A stretch of DNA of 64,000 nt, taken from NCBI GenBank assembly GCA_010093705.1, contig MU006089.1, positions 2,095,561 to 2,159,560 of the forward strand. The letters run 5' to 3'. The notes below the pieces were generated by a model. That model did no database searches and was not told the origin of the DNA. It saw only the letters and a list, made by a program, of their open reading frames with translations. Every line of letters starts with the position of its first letter. Within the stretch, counting starts at the first letter, position 1. This stretch comes from Patellaria atrata CBS 101060. Its lineage: Eukaryota. Shown here one piece after another: positions 26,451-38,088 of the stretch. The translations under genes were made by a program, and so were the position numbers.

Positions 26451-26524
26451 TGACTGACTGACTGACTGACTGACTGACTGACTGCCTGACTGACAGACAG
26501 ACAGACTGACTGACTGATTGACTG
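26451..26524. repeat. Imperfect (TGAC)n/(AGAC)n tetranucleotide microsatellite, ~18 units
   Basis: tgactgactgactg...tgcctgactgacagacagacagactgactgactgattgactg, read directly. Confidence 0.97.
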
Positions 26525-27561
26525 CGCCGTGTGATTCACACTTCACGAAAGTGGAAATTTGACAACTCCTTGAACAGTTGAACATGCTCCCCCACAAGAT
26601 AGCCCCAGATCATGCATACAGTATGACCGACCATTTTTGGGGGCTCGTGTTTCGCTCTGCGGCACGACAGAATTATCGAAAGTTTGTGTAAACCTGGTCA
26701 GGCGACGATGAGGCACTTTGCAACGATCCGGACCAGGTCGGCTGCTGAGATACGCCGTCAAGGGACAGCAAACTTTCCCTTACGAATGGACACGACGACC
26801 TGCATGGTAGGCAACAAAGAAAATACCTTACCTTACAAGTAGTTCACCAGGACGATTTGGAAGCGGGTATGCGATTGCGCCGAGGTGTCCCTTTGATTGC
26901 GGAAGCGCGAGTTACGACAGTCCGGTGGGCGAGGCCTTTTCTTTGATGGAAACAAATCCTGTTCACGCTTTCCGCCTACCCCGCAACAAATCATCAAGGT
27001 GCACATTCGTCACGAGCGATAATGTTGGAACGATCTCGGTCCCTCGGATGTTGTAAGTATTTCGTCTGCCTCATCTTCCGCGTTCTGCCGTAGAGAGACT
27101 AGAGAGGGATATATACAGGAAATGGAATCTCTTGGAACTATTTGATCTACGATGTCATGTCAACTTGTCAAGGCGTGCTCACGCTGACGTGGTACTGGAA
27201 TCGGGACTCGGGATCCCTAGAAGCCGTCTAGCTTCGGTTTCCATCTGATTATTGAGGTGATTTTATCAGATGGACATGTGGTCTACAAACTCGCAAGTTG
27301 AAAAGCACAAATTCTAGATCAAGATCTAAAGACACAATTACTCATGTTAGAATAAAGCGAAGCAATCATACCAGCATTATCGAATAAAGGTAGACACCTT
27401 GATGAACAGCAAGTAAGGTCAGGTAAAGAGTGATGTGCGGAATTAACGACCCGGCTTATATTCGGTTAATTCTGATCGATGTCAATTCCGACATCTTTTT
27501 CTAAAGTACAGAATTTCTATCCCTTAGTCCAGAAAGCTTCAAAAACCTTAATACAAGCGCA

Positions 27562-29174
27562 ATGCCGCGCGCACCGGCATCGTCCGCTCAGAAGGTTGCC
27601 GGAAATACCCTAGTACTCGATAATGGAGCATATACGATCAAGGCTGGCTTTTCCAGCGATAATCCATCAACAGACCATTGCACTATAATCCCGAATTGTA
27701 TAGCGAAAAGCGCCCGGGACAAAAGGATATATATCGGATCACAACTGGACCAATGTAGGGATTTTGGAGAGATGATTTTCCGGCGGCCAGTGGAGAAGGG
27801 GTATATCACAAATTGGGAGGGACAAAGGGCGATATGGGAACATTCCTTCGAGGGTGATAACGCTGTGTTGAAGGTAGTAGAACGACTTCTTATACAGAAA
27901 ATACAAACTTCATTTCTGATATGACTTAGTGTGACCCGCATGAAACCAATCTACTCCTAACAGAAGCTCCCAACTGCCCACAGACCCTCCGCACCAACAC
28001 CGACCAGATCGTCTTTGAAGAGTTCGAATTCGCAGCTTACCTGCGCTGTCTGGGTCCGTGAGTCCCATCGCTCCCCAACCCTCACCTGTCCCTCCCCCTC
28101 ACCACCCCCTTACCATCCAACATTTACTCATATACCCCCCCAGGCCCCTCCCTAAACGCCTACAATGACATCCCCACCCTCTTCGCCGACCCTCCTCCTG
28201 ACGTTTCCCCAACCCCCCCTGTCCCCGTCGAAGCCCTCCTCCTGATCGAGTCCGGCTACTCCCACACAACCATAACCCCCCTCATCCACGGACGGCCCCT
28301 GCACCCAAGCATCCGCCGCCTCTCCATCGGCGGCAAGCTCCTAACCAACCACCTCAAAGAGCTGATCTCGCTCCGGCACTACGGCCTCATGGACGAACCC
28401 CACCTCGTCAACCAAATCAAAGAAGACGTCAGTTTCGTCTCGGCGGACTTCCGGGTCGACCTCGAGCGCGCGTGGAAAGCGCGGCCCGGGGGTGTTGACA
28501 CGAGCGTCGTGGTCGATTACGTGTTGCCGGATTACGAGACCGAGGTCAGGGGGAAGACGAGGCCACATGATCCGCTGTTGCAGGCGCGGGTGAAGAGGTT
28601 GGGCGCCAAGGGCCCCAGGGAGGATGTCGTGCCCCTTGGTAACGAGCGCTTCGCTGTGCCGGAGCTGCTGTTTAATCCGGGGGATATTGGACTCAGTGAG
28701 GCCGGGTTGCCGGAGCTGGTTTTGCAGAGTTTGGAGACTGTGCCGGAGGGGTTGTGGGGGCCGTTGCTGGCTAATGTGGTGCTTGTGGGCGGGAATGTGG
28801 AGATTAGGGGGTTTGTAGAGAGATTGTGAGTTTTGTGGTTTTTGCTTTTTGGGTTTGGGGGGAATTATGGGGAGTTGATGCTGATGTGTGTGGGATAGGG
28901 AGAAGGAGCTTAGGCAGATCACGCCTTCGGAGTATATCGTGCGGGTTGCTAAACCTGCTGAGTAAGTTTATTCTCCGTGCGTTATGACACGGAAACTGAT
29001 CTAACGTTCTATAGTCCGATCAAATACACATGGCTCGGAGGAGCTCGATTGGCAAGTCATCACGACACGTTCAAGAACACACTGGTCACGAAGCAAGAGT
29101 ATGACGAAAACGGACCCACCTGGCTGGCGAGGAAATTCGCCGCTGGGAGTCCAAACACTAATGCGGCATCTTGA
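27562..29174 (+). CDS. ARP6: Actin-related protein 6 (SWR1 complex), 5 exons
   Basis: TLVLDNGAYTIKAG, FRRPVEKGYITNWE, LLLTEAPNCP, IESGYSHTTITP, GNERFAVPELLFNPGDIG, PIKYTWLGGARLA. Four introns. Confidence 0.93.
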
Positions 29175-29361
29175 AGAGATTCATCAGTGTTTTATTTTAC
29201 ATAAGAACAGCGCAAGGGGATGCGCTAGTGTGGTTAGTAAGTATGTATGCCATGATATGAAATCCGCTTCATAGAGCCAAAGGAGACAATATCAACGCCT
29301 ACCCAGGAAGACACCTAAATGAGATACCCAATTTTCAACTTTCTGAGGAAAATACAATCGG

Positions 29362-30807
29362 CTACCGGAATTCTAGCTTCTTTACCGGACTTCCTTGATC
29401 TAACGCTCCGCTCGGAGCAGGTTCGAGACCGCCAAAGTCCTGATACCGGGCATGATGGGGGGTGTAGAATTGGTCGCCCATCATTCCACCGGATGGATAC
29501 CGTTGTGGAGTCGGTGGTGGTGGATGATGCATATATTGCGAGTTGTACATAGCTTCCATAGCCTTATTCCTAAAGAAGCTAAAGGCGAAGTTGGAAATCG
29601 CAACACAGCCGAAGACCATGATGAGAGAGAATATCATAGCCTTGTAACTGATCGGTTCAATGAAGCTGTTGAAGATCTCTGCGAATGTGTGTGCGCTGAC
29701 TCTCGCCCGGCCGACGCTGTGCGGATCGCGCTGAAGACACTGTTTCCAGCCGTTACAGGCGTTGTCCAGCGCGGGAGCACGAGTCTTGGATTCGCAGCCG
29801 TTAATGTTCCAATGTTGTGCGCAAATGGCGATTTCGGCCATGATTTCCGCTGCGGCTTCGTCTGCCTTCTTGTCGACGTCGGAGCGGATGGTGGCCCAGA
29901 AGGAGTAGACAATGTACATGAAGAAGAACACGAGGAAGACATTGAGGAGAAGCTGTGCGTAGAAAGAGAGAATATGAGGGAGGTTTGGATGAGATTCTAG
30001 GAACGAGAAGAGGCTCCCCACAGAGTTTGATAACGGTCGTGCGGGGAGCGGCTTGTCGTTCTTGTCACCTTTACGTTTTGAATTTAAGGTATCTTCGTGC
30101 TCCGAATCCGAAATCTCGCTTCCAAGTTGTGCCAGTGCTTGCTGTTGCTTCTTCCTGCTCCTGCTCTCCACATGTGCATGATTCCGCCGCTTCACGATCC
30201 TTTGCTCTGCCTTAGTAGAGTAGTATTCCCGCCTCGGCTTTTCCTTTATGCCAGAACCACTTACAGGTTCGATCTTCTTAGTCTTCTTTGGTGATGTGGA
30301 TGATTCGGTCTTTGGGCTACCAGAGAAACCAAACATCCTCCATTTCCTAGTCTTCAGACCCATCGTATCCGGCGTTGCGTCGCTGTCTACGGTTGCGTCG
30401 GGTGTGTTTGGTGTATCCACACCTGACGAAAAATCCAAGTCGACCTTCGTCGACCTTGGGGTCGTAAATGCAGCGTTATTCTTATATGCGGAGTCGGGAG
30501 GGAATGGAAGTGGTTTCGATGTCGCTTGAGAGAAGAAGTGCTTTTGAGATGCGGGCTCTCTAAGACTCGGCACAGCTGGCTTTGAAGGAGAATCGAAGAT
30601 ACTGTGTGTCCCTATAGTAAATATTGTTAATCCCTCCTCCGTCGTATCATTGCCAAAGTTGCTGTGGTATAACTTACGTTTCTTGTTGCCGGCGTCTTTG
30701 AATGATTGTTGCTGTGGGATGTTGACGAAGGGAGATGCGCTGTTGATTGGACCAGTCTTGCTGTCGTATTCAAAGTCCATCGGAGTGTAATAAGATTGTC
30801 TATCCAT
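29362..30807 (-). CDS. BRL1: Nuclear envelope protein Brl1/Brr6 (likely in-frame intron 30612-30677)
   Basis: TPMDFEYD N-terminus. Two TM helices flank a four-Cys luminal loop (IAICAQHWNINGCE...ACNGWKQCLQRDP), followed by RARVSAHTFAEIFNSFIEPISYK. Confidence 0.92.
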   Translation of the reverse strand: MDRQSYYTPMDFEYDSKTGPINSASPFVNIPQQQSFKDAGNKKRKLYHSNFGNDTTEEGLTIFTIGTHSIFDSPSKPAVPSLREPASQKHFFSQATSKPLPFPPDSAYKNNAAFTTPRSTKVDLDFSSGVDTPNTPDATVDSDATPDTMGLKTRKWRMFGFSGSPKTESSTSPKKTKKIEPVSGSGIKEKPRREYYSTKAEQRIVKRRNHAHVESRSRKKQQQALAQLGSEISDSEHEDTLNSKRKGDKNDKPLPARPLSNSVGSLFSFLESHPNLPHILSFYAQLLLNVFLVFFFMYIVYSFWATIRSDVDKKADEAAAEIMAEIAICAQHWNINGCESKTRAPALDNACNGWKQCLQRDPHSVGRARVSAHTFAEIFNSFIEPISYKAMIFSLIMVFGCVAISNFAFSFFRNKAMEAMYNSQYMHHPPPPTPQRYPSGGMMGDQFYTPHHARYQDFGGLEPAPSGALDQGSPVKKLEFR

Positions 30808-31302
30808 TACTGCAATATGATCGTTTTAACAGATGGATAAACAGAAATATTAAGGTGTGAGAAGCAAGAAAGCTATTTATACCATGAGTTTGGTCGCGAT
30901 GCGGATGCTGTGTGTAAACAATCTGGAATTCGGCTCATGTGCCATAACAATACCGTTATGCGCCACACTTCACCGCCACTGATGTACATTTTTGCTTGAA
31001 TAATTATTTCACGTGATTGTGACACTCACGGATTCTTTGACCACTGCTACTCTTAAAGACGGGAGTAGAACTTGAACCTTCACTGTTACAGCCGTGTATT
31101 CCGTTATTAAAAGCGTTCAAGGTTTGCTGTTTAGAAAAATCCTGTAAGGTACTCCGTATAACTCTTCCGCCAAGGATCTACAACCTGCATCCCGCTTCAC
31201 ATGAAGACGTAATTCTAGCGAGCGTAAACTTCAGAAAAAAAGGTCAATTGAAAGTCCAATTCCAGAGTGAATGACCTACGTTTCCTTTCGGGATTCACTC
31301 TG

Positions 31303-34300
31303 ATGGAAGGCCTCTCAAGAACAACGAGTTCTGAAATTACTCGCACATCCGGACGCAATAATGCTCCGCACGTTCTTTCAGGTGTCTCTTCTTCGGCGTC
31401 AAGTAGGAAAGGTCGGTCTGCAGACCCAGAGACGAACACGTCAACCAACATAGAAAGAGCGAGTCTGTCAATGCCTCCTCCAGCTTCAAAGGCTATTCCG
31501 CGGCAATACCCCTCAAGGCGTCCTTCCAAGGCATCGGACAGCTCACTTCTATCCTCGTCCGTCGCGGAACTCGGATATGAAGATACCGTAGCAACCTTTG
31601 CAATCGATGAAGCCGACATAACACCAACTCTAGGAGGTGTTCGTAGTAGTCGAGATAGCTCTCAAAGCTTAGCAGGCCTGATTCTTCCTGAAGGTCTTGT
31701 CAAGACTTCGCGCGCTTCCCAGGTCGAGACCGAGTCAAATCGGATGTCATTTTCTTCTTTATATTCCCTTGGTTCGGCTATATACAATGGAGCACGAGGT
31801 ACGGCGACCAGTGGTCCCAGCTCAGTAGCTGGTTCCGAGTCTGAAAGTCAGTTGACCCACTCATTTCTGTCTCTAGATAATGTCAAAACTTACTTGAAGG
31901 ACAGCTCGCATTGAAGGACCGACAACAGCCACAACCTCACTGTCAGTGACCACCTCATCAAGCGGTCCGACCGCAAGCGCTTCCCCACAACACAGTCTGG
32001 TCCCTAAAGAACCGATCAGTCTCGCTCCTCCAACGAGTATACCCTCGGTAAGTCCAGTGTCCGCAACTCAAGGGCCGTTACCACCAAGGGGTCCGGTAGC
32101 GGTGAGACGCTCTCGAAGTCGAACAAGTAACCAGAGAAGAATCAGTGGGAGTACAGGCACAACAAGTGCGAGTCCAGGGAGTGAGAGGAGTGCTATTAAA
32201 GACGCGAGAGACATGGAGCCTAAACCTCCACCGATTGGCATAATAGGAGTGTGCGCTTTGGACTCGAAAGCGCGCAGTAAACCAAGCAGAAACATCTTGA
32301 ATAGATTAATCTCTAAAGATGAATTTCAAGTTATTATCTTTGGAGACAAAGTCATCCTGGATGAAGAAGTAGAGAATTGGCCCATATGTGACTTCCTAAT
32401 TTCTTTTTTCTCGGATGGGTTTCCACTTGATAAAGCCATCGCGTATGCAAAACTGCGTAAGCCATTCTGCGTGAATGACTTACCTATGCAGACTATCTTG
32501 TGGGACCGTCGCCTTTGTCTTAAAGTACTAGACCAGTTGAATGTTCCTACTCCAAGGCGTGTGGAGGTTAACCGCGACGGAGGACCGACTCTCAAATCTC
32601 CAGAGATTGCCCAGATGCTTTATGAGAGAGCTGGAGTAAAACTCGAAGGCCCAGAAAGTGGTATAGGGGGTGGCACTCCCCCTCCAAAGAAGTTAGAATT
32701 GCTGGATAATAATGATACACTTGTCGTCGATGGTGTGAAACTCACTAAACCTTTCGTTGAGAAGCCAGTCAGCGGTGAAAACCACAATATCAACATTTAC
32801 TATCCGAAGAGCCAAGGTGGTGGAGGCAGGAGACTGTTTCGTAAAATCAACAACAAGAGCTCAGAAAAGGATGATTCACTTGACCTACCTAGGAGTGTTA
32901 CAGAAGAAGGGAGCAGTTACATCTACGAACAATTCCTTCGAGTAGAAAACGCCGAGGACGTTAAGGCGTATACTGTGGGACCTGATTACTGTCATGCGGA
33001 GACACGGAAGTCACCAGTCGTTGATGGTCTTGTGAAACGGAATCCTAATGGGAAGGAAATCAGATACGTGACCAGCCTCACCAAGGAAGAAACTATTATC
33101 GCCTCAAAGATCTCAGAAGGTTTCGGCCAGAGGGTATGCGGCTTTGACTTACTTCGAACGGGTGACAAGAGCTATGTCATCGATGTGAACGGGTGGTCAT
33201 TCGTCAAGGACAATAATGATTACTATGATAAGAGTGCGAGCATACTTAAGCAAATGTTCATCAAAGAAAGACAACGCCGTGAAGGAAGACTACCATCACA
33301 GCGAGGTGACGACGGGACACCAGAAAACAGTCGACCTCCTCAGTCCCGAAAGCAAACCGCATCTGAGCACCGATCCGGTCTAAAAGCGATTCTGATGAGA
33401 TCTCCAAGTATGACGCGGCTTGCAGGTCATCATACTCACAGACGTAGTCGTGGGGCTGGAGAAGGAACAGCATCACCAGATCTATCTAATCTTACCACTC
33501 CAATCACTTCTCCACCCAGTATAGAGCGCCAATTTGGCTTAGAAGGTTCACCAACACCTACTGGTCAACCCGATTTTCTACCACCTCCCGCGGTCCCAGA
33601 AGGTGCCGTCGATCTCGGCCCTCCAGTCACCGATGATCCAGTCACCATACCCGCCCCAGCTTCCAAAGCTCAGTGGAAGCTCAAGGGTGTGGTATCGGTA
33701 ATTCGGCATGCTGACCGTACACCCAAACAAAAATATAAGTTCACCTTCCACACCAAACCATTTGTCGATCTTCTCAAAGGCCACCAGGAAGAGGTTCTCC
33801 TGATTGGAGAAGCTCCATTGACAAGCGTCTTAGAAGCTGTAACACTCGCACAGAAAGAAGGGGTCGAGGATCCCGAGAAGTTGAAGTTACTTCGAACTGC
33901 CCTCATCAAGAAAGGTGCATGGGTCGGGACAAAGGTTCAGATCAAGCCCATGTTCCGTAAGAGACGGAAAGAAGAACTGCCTCCTGGACATGTTCCGGAT
34001 TCTTCCCCTGAGCGGGAGAAGAACGAAAAGAAGAAAGTTAAGCCTGGAAAAGAAGACCTCCTACTTGGTCCAGTTCCCACTCGTAGTGATTCAATGTCTG
34101 GTGTAACATTGTCTCGTATTTCCGCCGCGGAAAAAAATCTCATCCTAGATAAGTTACAACTGATTATCAAATGGGGTGGAGAACCGACACATTCTGCTCG
34201 GTATCAAGCGCAGGATCTCGGCGAAACTATGAGAAACGATTTGTCACTGCTGAATAGGAAGATAATCGAAGAAGTCCACGTATATTCCAGCTCAGAACGT

Positions 34301-35954
34301 AGGGTTACCACAAGTGCGCAAATCTTCGCTACCTCTTTCTTGCACAATCAGGATCTCCCGGACGACTTTATCACAGTACGAAAGGATCTGCTTGATGATT
34401 CCAATGCTGCCAAGGATGAAATGGATCGCGTTAAGAAGAAGTTAAAGACACTACTTCGACAGGGCAACAAGGTTCCCGCACAATTTGCCTGGCCAAAGGA
34501 AAATATGCCGGAACCGTCGGTCGTCACTGCAAAGGTTGTTGGACTCATGAAGTTCCATCGACGCGTGATGCGCCATAACTACGCCAAACTTCCATCCTCC
34601 GCCGTATCATCTTTGAAAGATGCTGTCCATCAGTTTGCGGGTATTGATGCCATAGAAGGGACAAAGACTGGCATAACTATATCCTATACAGAAGCTGTCG
34701 CGGCGATTCAATCCCGGTGGTGTTGTGGAGAGGATGCTGAGCTATTCAAAGAACGTTGGGAGAAATTGTTCGCAGAGTTTACAGACGTGGAAAAGGTTGA
34801 CCCAAGTAAGATATCCGAACTGTATGATACCATGAAGTTCGATGCTCTGCATAACCGTGCTTGGCTGGAATGGGTCTTCACTCCAAGCGAAAGTATCTGG
34901 GAAGATGAAGCTAAAATGGACTCATTAATAAAGAGGCCTCCTAGTGAAGTTATAAGCAGTCAACCACCCACACCTGGAGAAGTGAAATCGGACTCTCAAA
35001 TCTCGATTCCAGATAAGCCCGTTGAGAAACCTGGAATTGCACAACGTATGGGATTCCGGAGACGATCAGAATTCAATCCACCTGCGTTCAAGTCCGAACC
35101 GGCGCTAAACGAGAAAGAGTCTTACTTCAACCTATTCACGGGAAGCAAGGGCTCCGTTTCCAGGGCTAAGGTTGATGAACGCTTACAGAGTCTACGGGAA
35201 CTCTACAGGCTCTGCAAAGTCTTGTTCGATTACATAGGGCCGCAGGAATACGGCATCACCGACCACGAAAAGCTCGAGATCGGTCTGTTAACGTCGCTAC
35301 CTTTGCTCAAAGAGATCGTCAAAGATCTGGAAGAGGTTCAAGCCTCGGAGGGAGCGAAATCATTCTTCTACTTTACAAAAGAATCGCATATCTACACTTT
35401 GCTCAATTGCATCCTCGAAGGTGGTATTCAGACAAAGATTGAGCGGAGTGCAATTCCTGAGTTAGATTACCTCTCTAACATCAATTTTGAGCTGTATGAA
35501 TCGCAGAACTCGGCGCCGGATAACGGACCTGGATCGTACAATTATAGTATCCGAATCACGCTCTCTCCGGGTTGTCATACGTACGACCCGCTCGATGTGT
35601 AAGTTGACTTTCTCCATATCATTCCGGATTGAATTGCTGATGCTGCTGTAGCCAACTCGATTCCAAGCATTGTATAGGTTTCACTCCTAAACGAGGTCTC
35701 ACACTCCATGCTGAATGGAAGCATATCATCGAGACTCTGCGTGCTAAATTTCACACGTAGGTTACCCTAATAGACTGCACTGTTATCAGCCACTAATCGG
35801 TACATATAGAGTCAAGTTGCCAAAGTCGTTCGTCGCGATTAATCTATCGGAGAAAATTCCTCATGAATTTGGTGCTGTTCCAAATGAAGATAAAGACAGT
35901 AAAGGCAAAAAAGTCATTAAAGACGCTCAAGACTCACAGTCGGTAGAGGTATAG
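31303..35954 (+). CDS. VIP1: Inositol hexakisphosphate/diphosphoinositol-pentakisphosphate kinase (ATP-grasp kinase + histidine phosphatase-like domain), 4 exons
   Basis: GVCALDSKARSKP, CDFLISFFSDGFPLDKA, DVKAYTVG...HAETRKSPVVDG, VIDVNGWSFVKDN, VIRHADRTPKQK, YFTKESHIYTLLN. Intron 31847-31904 joins the Ser-rich N-terminal exon. Start approximate. Confidence 0.94.
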
Positions 35955-36327
35955 AAAATCTCTTTTTTATAGGTTCAGGCTTTCTGCTTATGCAGTAGTC
36001 GCTCATACATATATGCATAACGGTCAGGGCGGTATAAGTGCAGCGTTTCAGACATTGTTGGGTAGAGTAGACACGCGTTGACGCGGCTAATGATAAATAA
36101 TAATGACTAAGGACTATTCAATAGGGGACCTAAGTTCTTCAAACTCCTTGTCGTCTTCTAATTACGTGTTATCCATCCTATGGTACTTAAAGCACAGAAG
36201 TATTGAATCCAATATACTCTCTCAACACTTGATCGAATAGTGGATACTACAATCTCCGCCGACACTGACCTGTTTTCAATGCAGTATACTCGGTAGACCT
36301 CCCACTGGTCTATTTGGAAGTTGGCAC

Positions 36328-37617
36328 TCAATATCTCATATCCATGTCATCTAGGTCTGCGTCATCTTCCTCTTCTTCTTCAACCGGCGGTGACATTGTG
36401 GTTCTGTTCTTTCCTTCCGACTTTATCTCATTTGCTTGATCTGAAGTCAGCTCTACGATAACAGGTGCATATTCTCCTTCCTCATCATCTTCATCGTATT
36501 CAGCCGTATCCATCTCAACCCGCTCTCCATCTTCTAGCTCCAACATCCCCCTTTTTGCTATGTGGGGATCTAATTCCCATCCATGCTCTCCCTTGATATA
36601 TACTTCCAGCTCGTCAAGTTCATCCACCACATCCGATTTTCCCTTGCCTGCGAGATCCTCTAAACTCCTTTTGAACCGCTTCAGTAGGATCTTCAAGAAC
36701 CCTGCTCCATCGTCACTAAGATCAAATAATCCACCTTCCACATCCTCACACCGCTGCAGCTGCAACTTCAGTAACCTTAACGTGCGAACAAACAGCTCCG
36801 GCGACGTCTCTACTGCGCGTTTACAAGTGAACAGCAGGCTTAGGACTCTCTTCCATTGCTCCAAACACGAATAGTTACTCAAAATCAACACCATGAGAAA
36901 CGTGAACTGCAGTTCCCCGATCAATTCCATTTCCCTACCCCTACAGTGCCGGATCACAATATCTCCGAGCATCCATGACCGATCCCGCGCCGCATCCGTT
37001 CGCTCTCTTCCAGTGGCACCTTCTCGCCACGTCCGTTTTAGCTCAACAGGTATGAAGCGGAGCTCCTTCTCACGGCCTAGCAGGTTTTGCTCTGCGGTAA
37101 GGCCGGGGATGTCATCGATGTCTTCTTTGGCGGAGCTTGCGGAAGTGAGAGACCAGTGATCGGGCGGGTCGTAAGTGATACGGTTCAGCAAAAATTCAGT
37201 GATCTTATCTGTAAGGTCGGGCCAGTCATTGATTTTTTCTTCTTCCAAGGTATGGGAAGAGGAGTCCCTACTTTGCCGATACGGCGTCAACCGCTCGCGC
37301 CATAAACTCCCTAGGTTTGCGCGCCAGCGGAGAATTTCAGCTATGTCAGCTTCGGGTACAAGTACCTCAGTGGTAGGGTCCCATTTGAAGATGAAGAGGT
37401 CCGGAGGTTGCGAGAGCCCTTTTACTTGGAACCATGCGCCGTGCCGGATGGAGGAGGAACTGTTGGGGGAGGTGAAGATGAAGTGGAAGCCCGGTGGGAG
37501 GTTTTTGATCCCGAGGAAGCGCGGGGTGGTAGTGAAAGAGAGGAGGTCTATACCTGCTAAAGATGAGGGAGGAAGGTTAAATAGGAGAACGGCTGGCGTT
37601 AGTTCTATAGACGTCAT
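36328..37617 (-). CDS. AAR2: U5 snRNP assembly factor Aar2
   Basis: Single ORF: GIDLLSFTTTPRFLGIKNLPPGFHF, TDAARDRSW, LIGELQFTFL, NYSCLEQWKR, acidic tail EDDEEGEYAPVIVEL. Confidence 0.93.
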   Translation of the reverse strand: MTSIELTPAVLLFNLPPSSLAGIDLLSFTTTPRFLGIKNLPPGFHFIFTSPNSSSSIRHGAWFQVKGLSQPPDLFIFKWDPTTEVLVPEADIAEILRWRANLGSLWRERLTPYRQSRDSSSHTLEEEKINDWPDLTDKITEFLLNRITYDPPDHWSLTSASSAKEDIDDIPGLTAEQNLLGREKELRFIPVELKRTWREGATGRERTDAARDRSWMLGDIVIRHCRGREMELIGELQFTFLMVLILSNYSCLEQWKRVLSLLFTCKRAVETSPELFVRTLRLLKLQLQRCEDVEGGLFDLSDDGAGFLKILLKRFKRSLEDLAGKGKSDVVDELDELEVYIKGEHGWELDPHIAKRGMLELEDGERVEMDTAEYDEDDEEGEYAPVIVELTSDQANEIKSEGKNRTTMSPPVEEEEEDDADLDDMDMRY

Positions 37618-38088
37618 ATTTTGTTGTTAATCGTCAGAGAGATTCTCTAACGGTGTCATTTATTGTTTTATCTGCGGTAAAGTCTGCTGAATTAAGTCAA
37701 TCGTCCTATTGATTCTTGACTCAAAGATAGTCTATGGGTTGGAAACGAAGACAGAGTTATAAGATGTGGTCAGTTCCCATCTCGAAAATTCGACGCCACA
37801 AATTAGGAAGTGGATTCCACTATCAAGCCACTGTCAGTAACTTTCGCTAGCCCAATATTGGTCAAGTTCGATTGATCAACAGACAAAAGTCAGCCCTGTA
37901 ACGCACAGACCACAGTCACCCAGCGTCTACTGTACGCGAGTGTGTTTGTTTACTCTTGCCTTCGATCGACGTCTCCGCAAACCCACACCGTACTCAACAA
38001 CTCTGTGACCACGCAGACCTCCATAAGACATACTTTTGGGTTTTTAAAATAACATACATTGGATCTGAATCGCCTCGTGAAACTTGCC

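Noticed and set aside
29452..30000. 182-aa antisense ORF over BRL1, and similar antisense ORFs over NoxR, ARP6, AAR2, ETF-QO and the GPI gene
   Set aside because: These are shadow frames of well-supported genes with no recognisable motifs.
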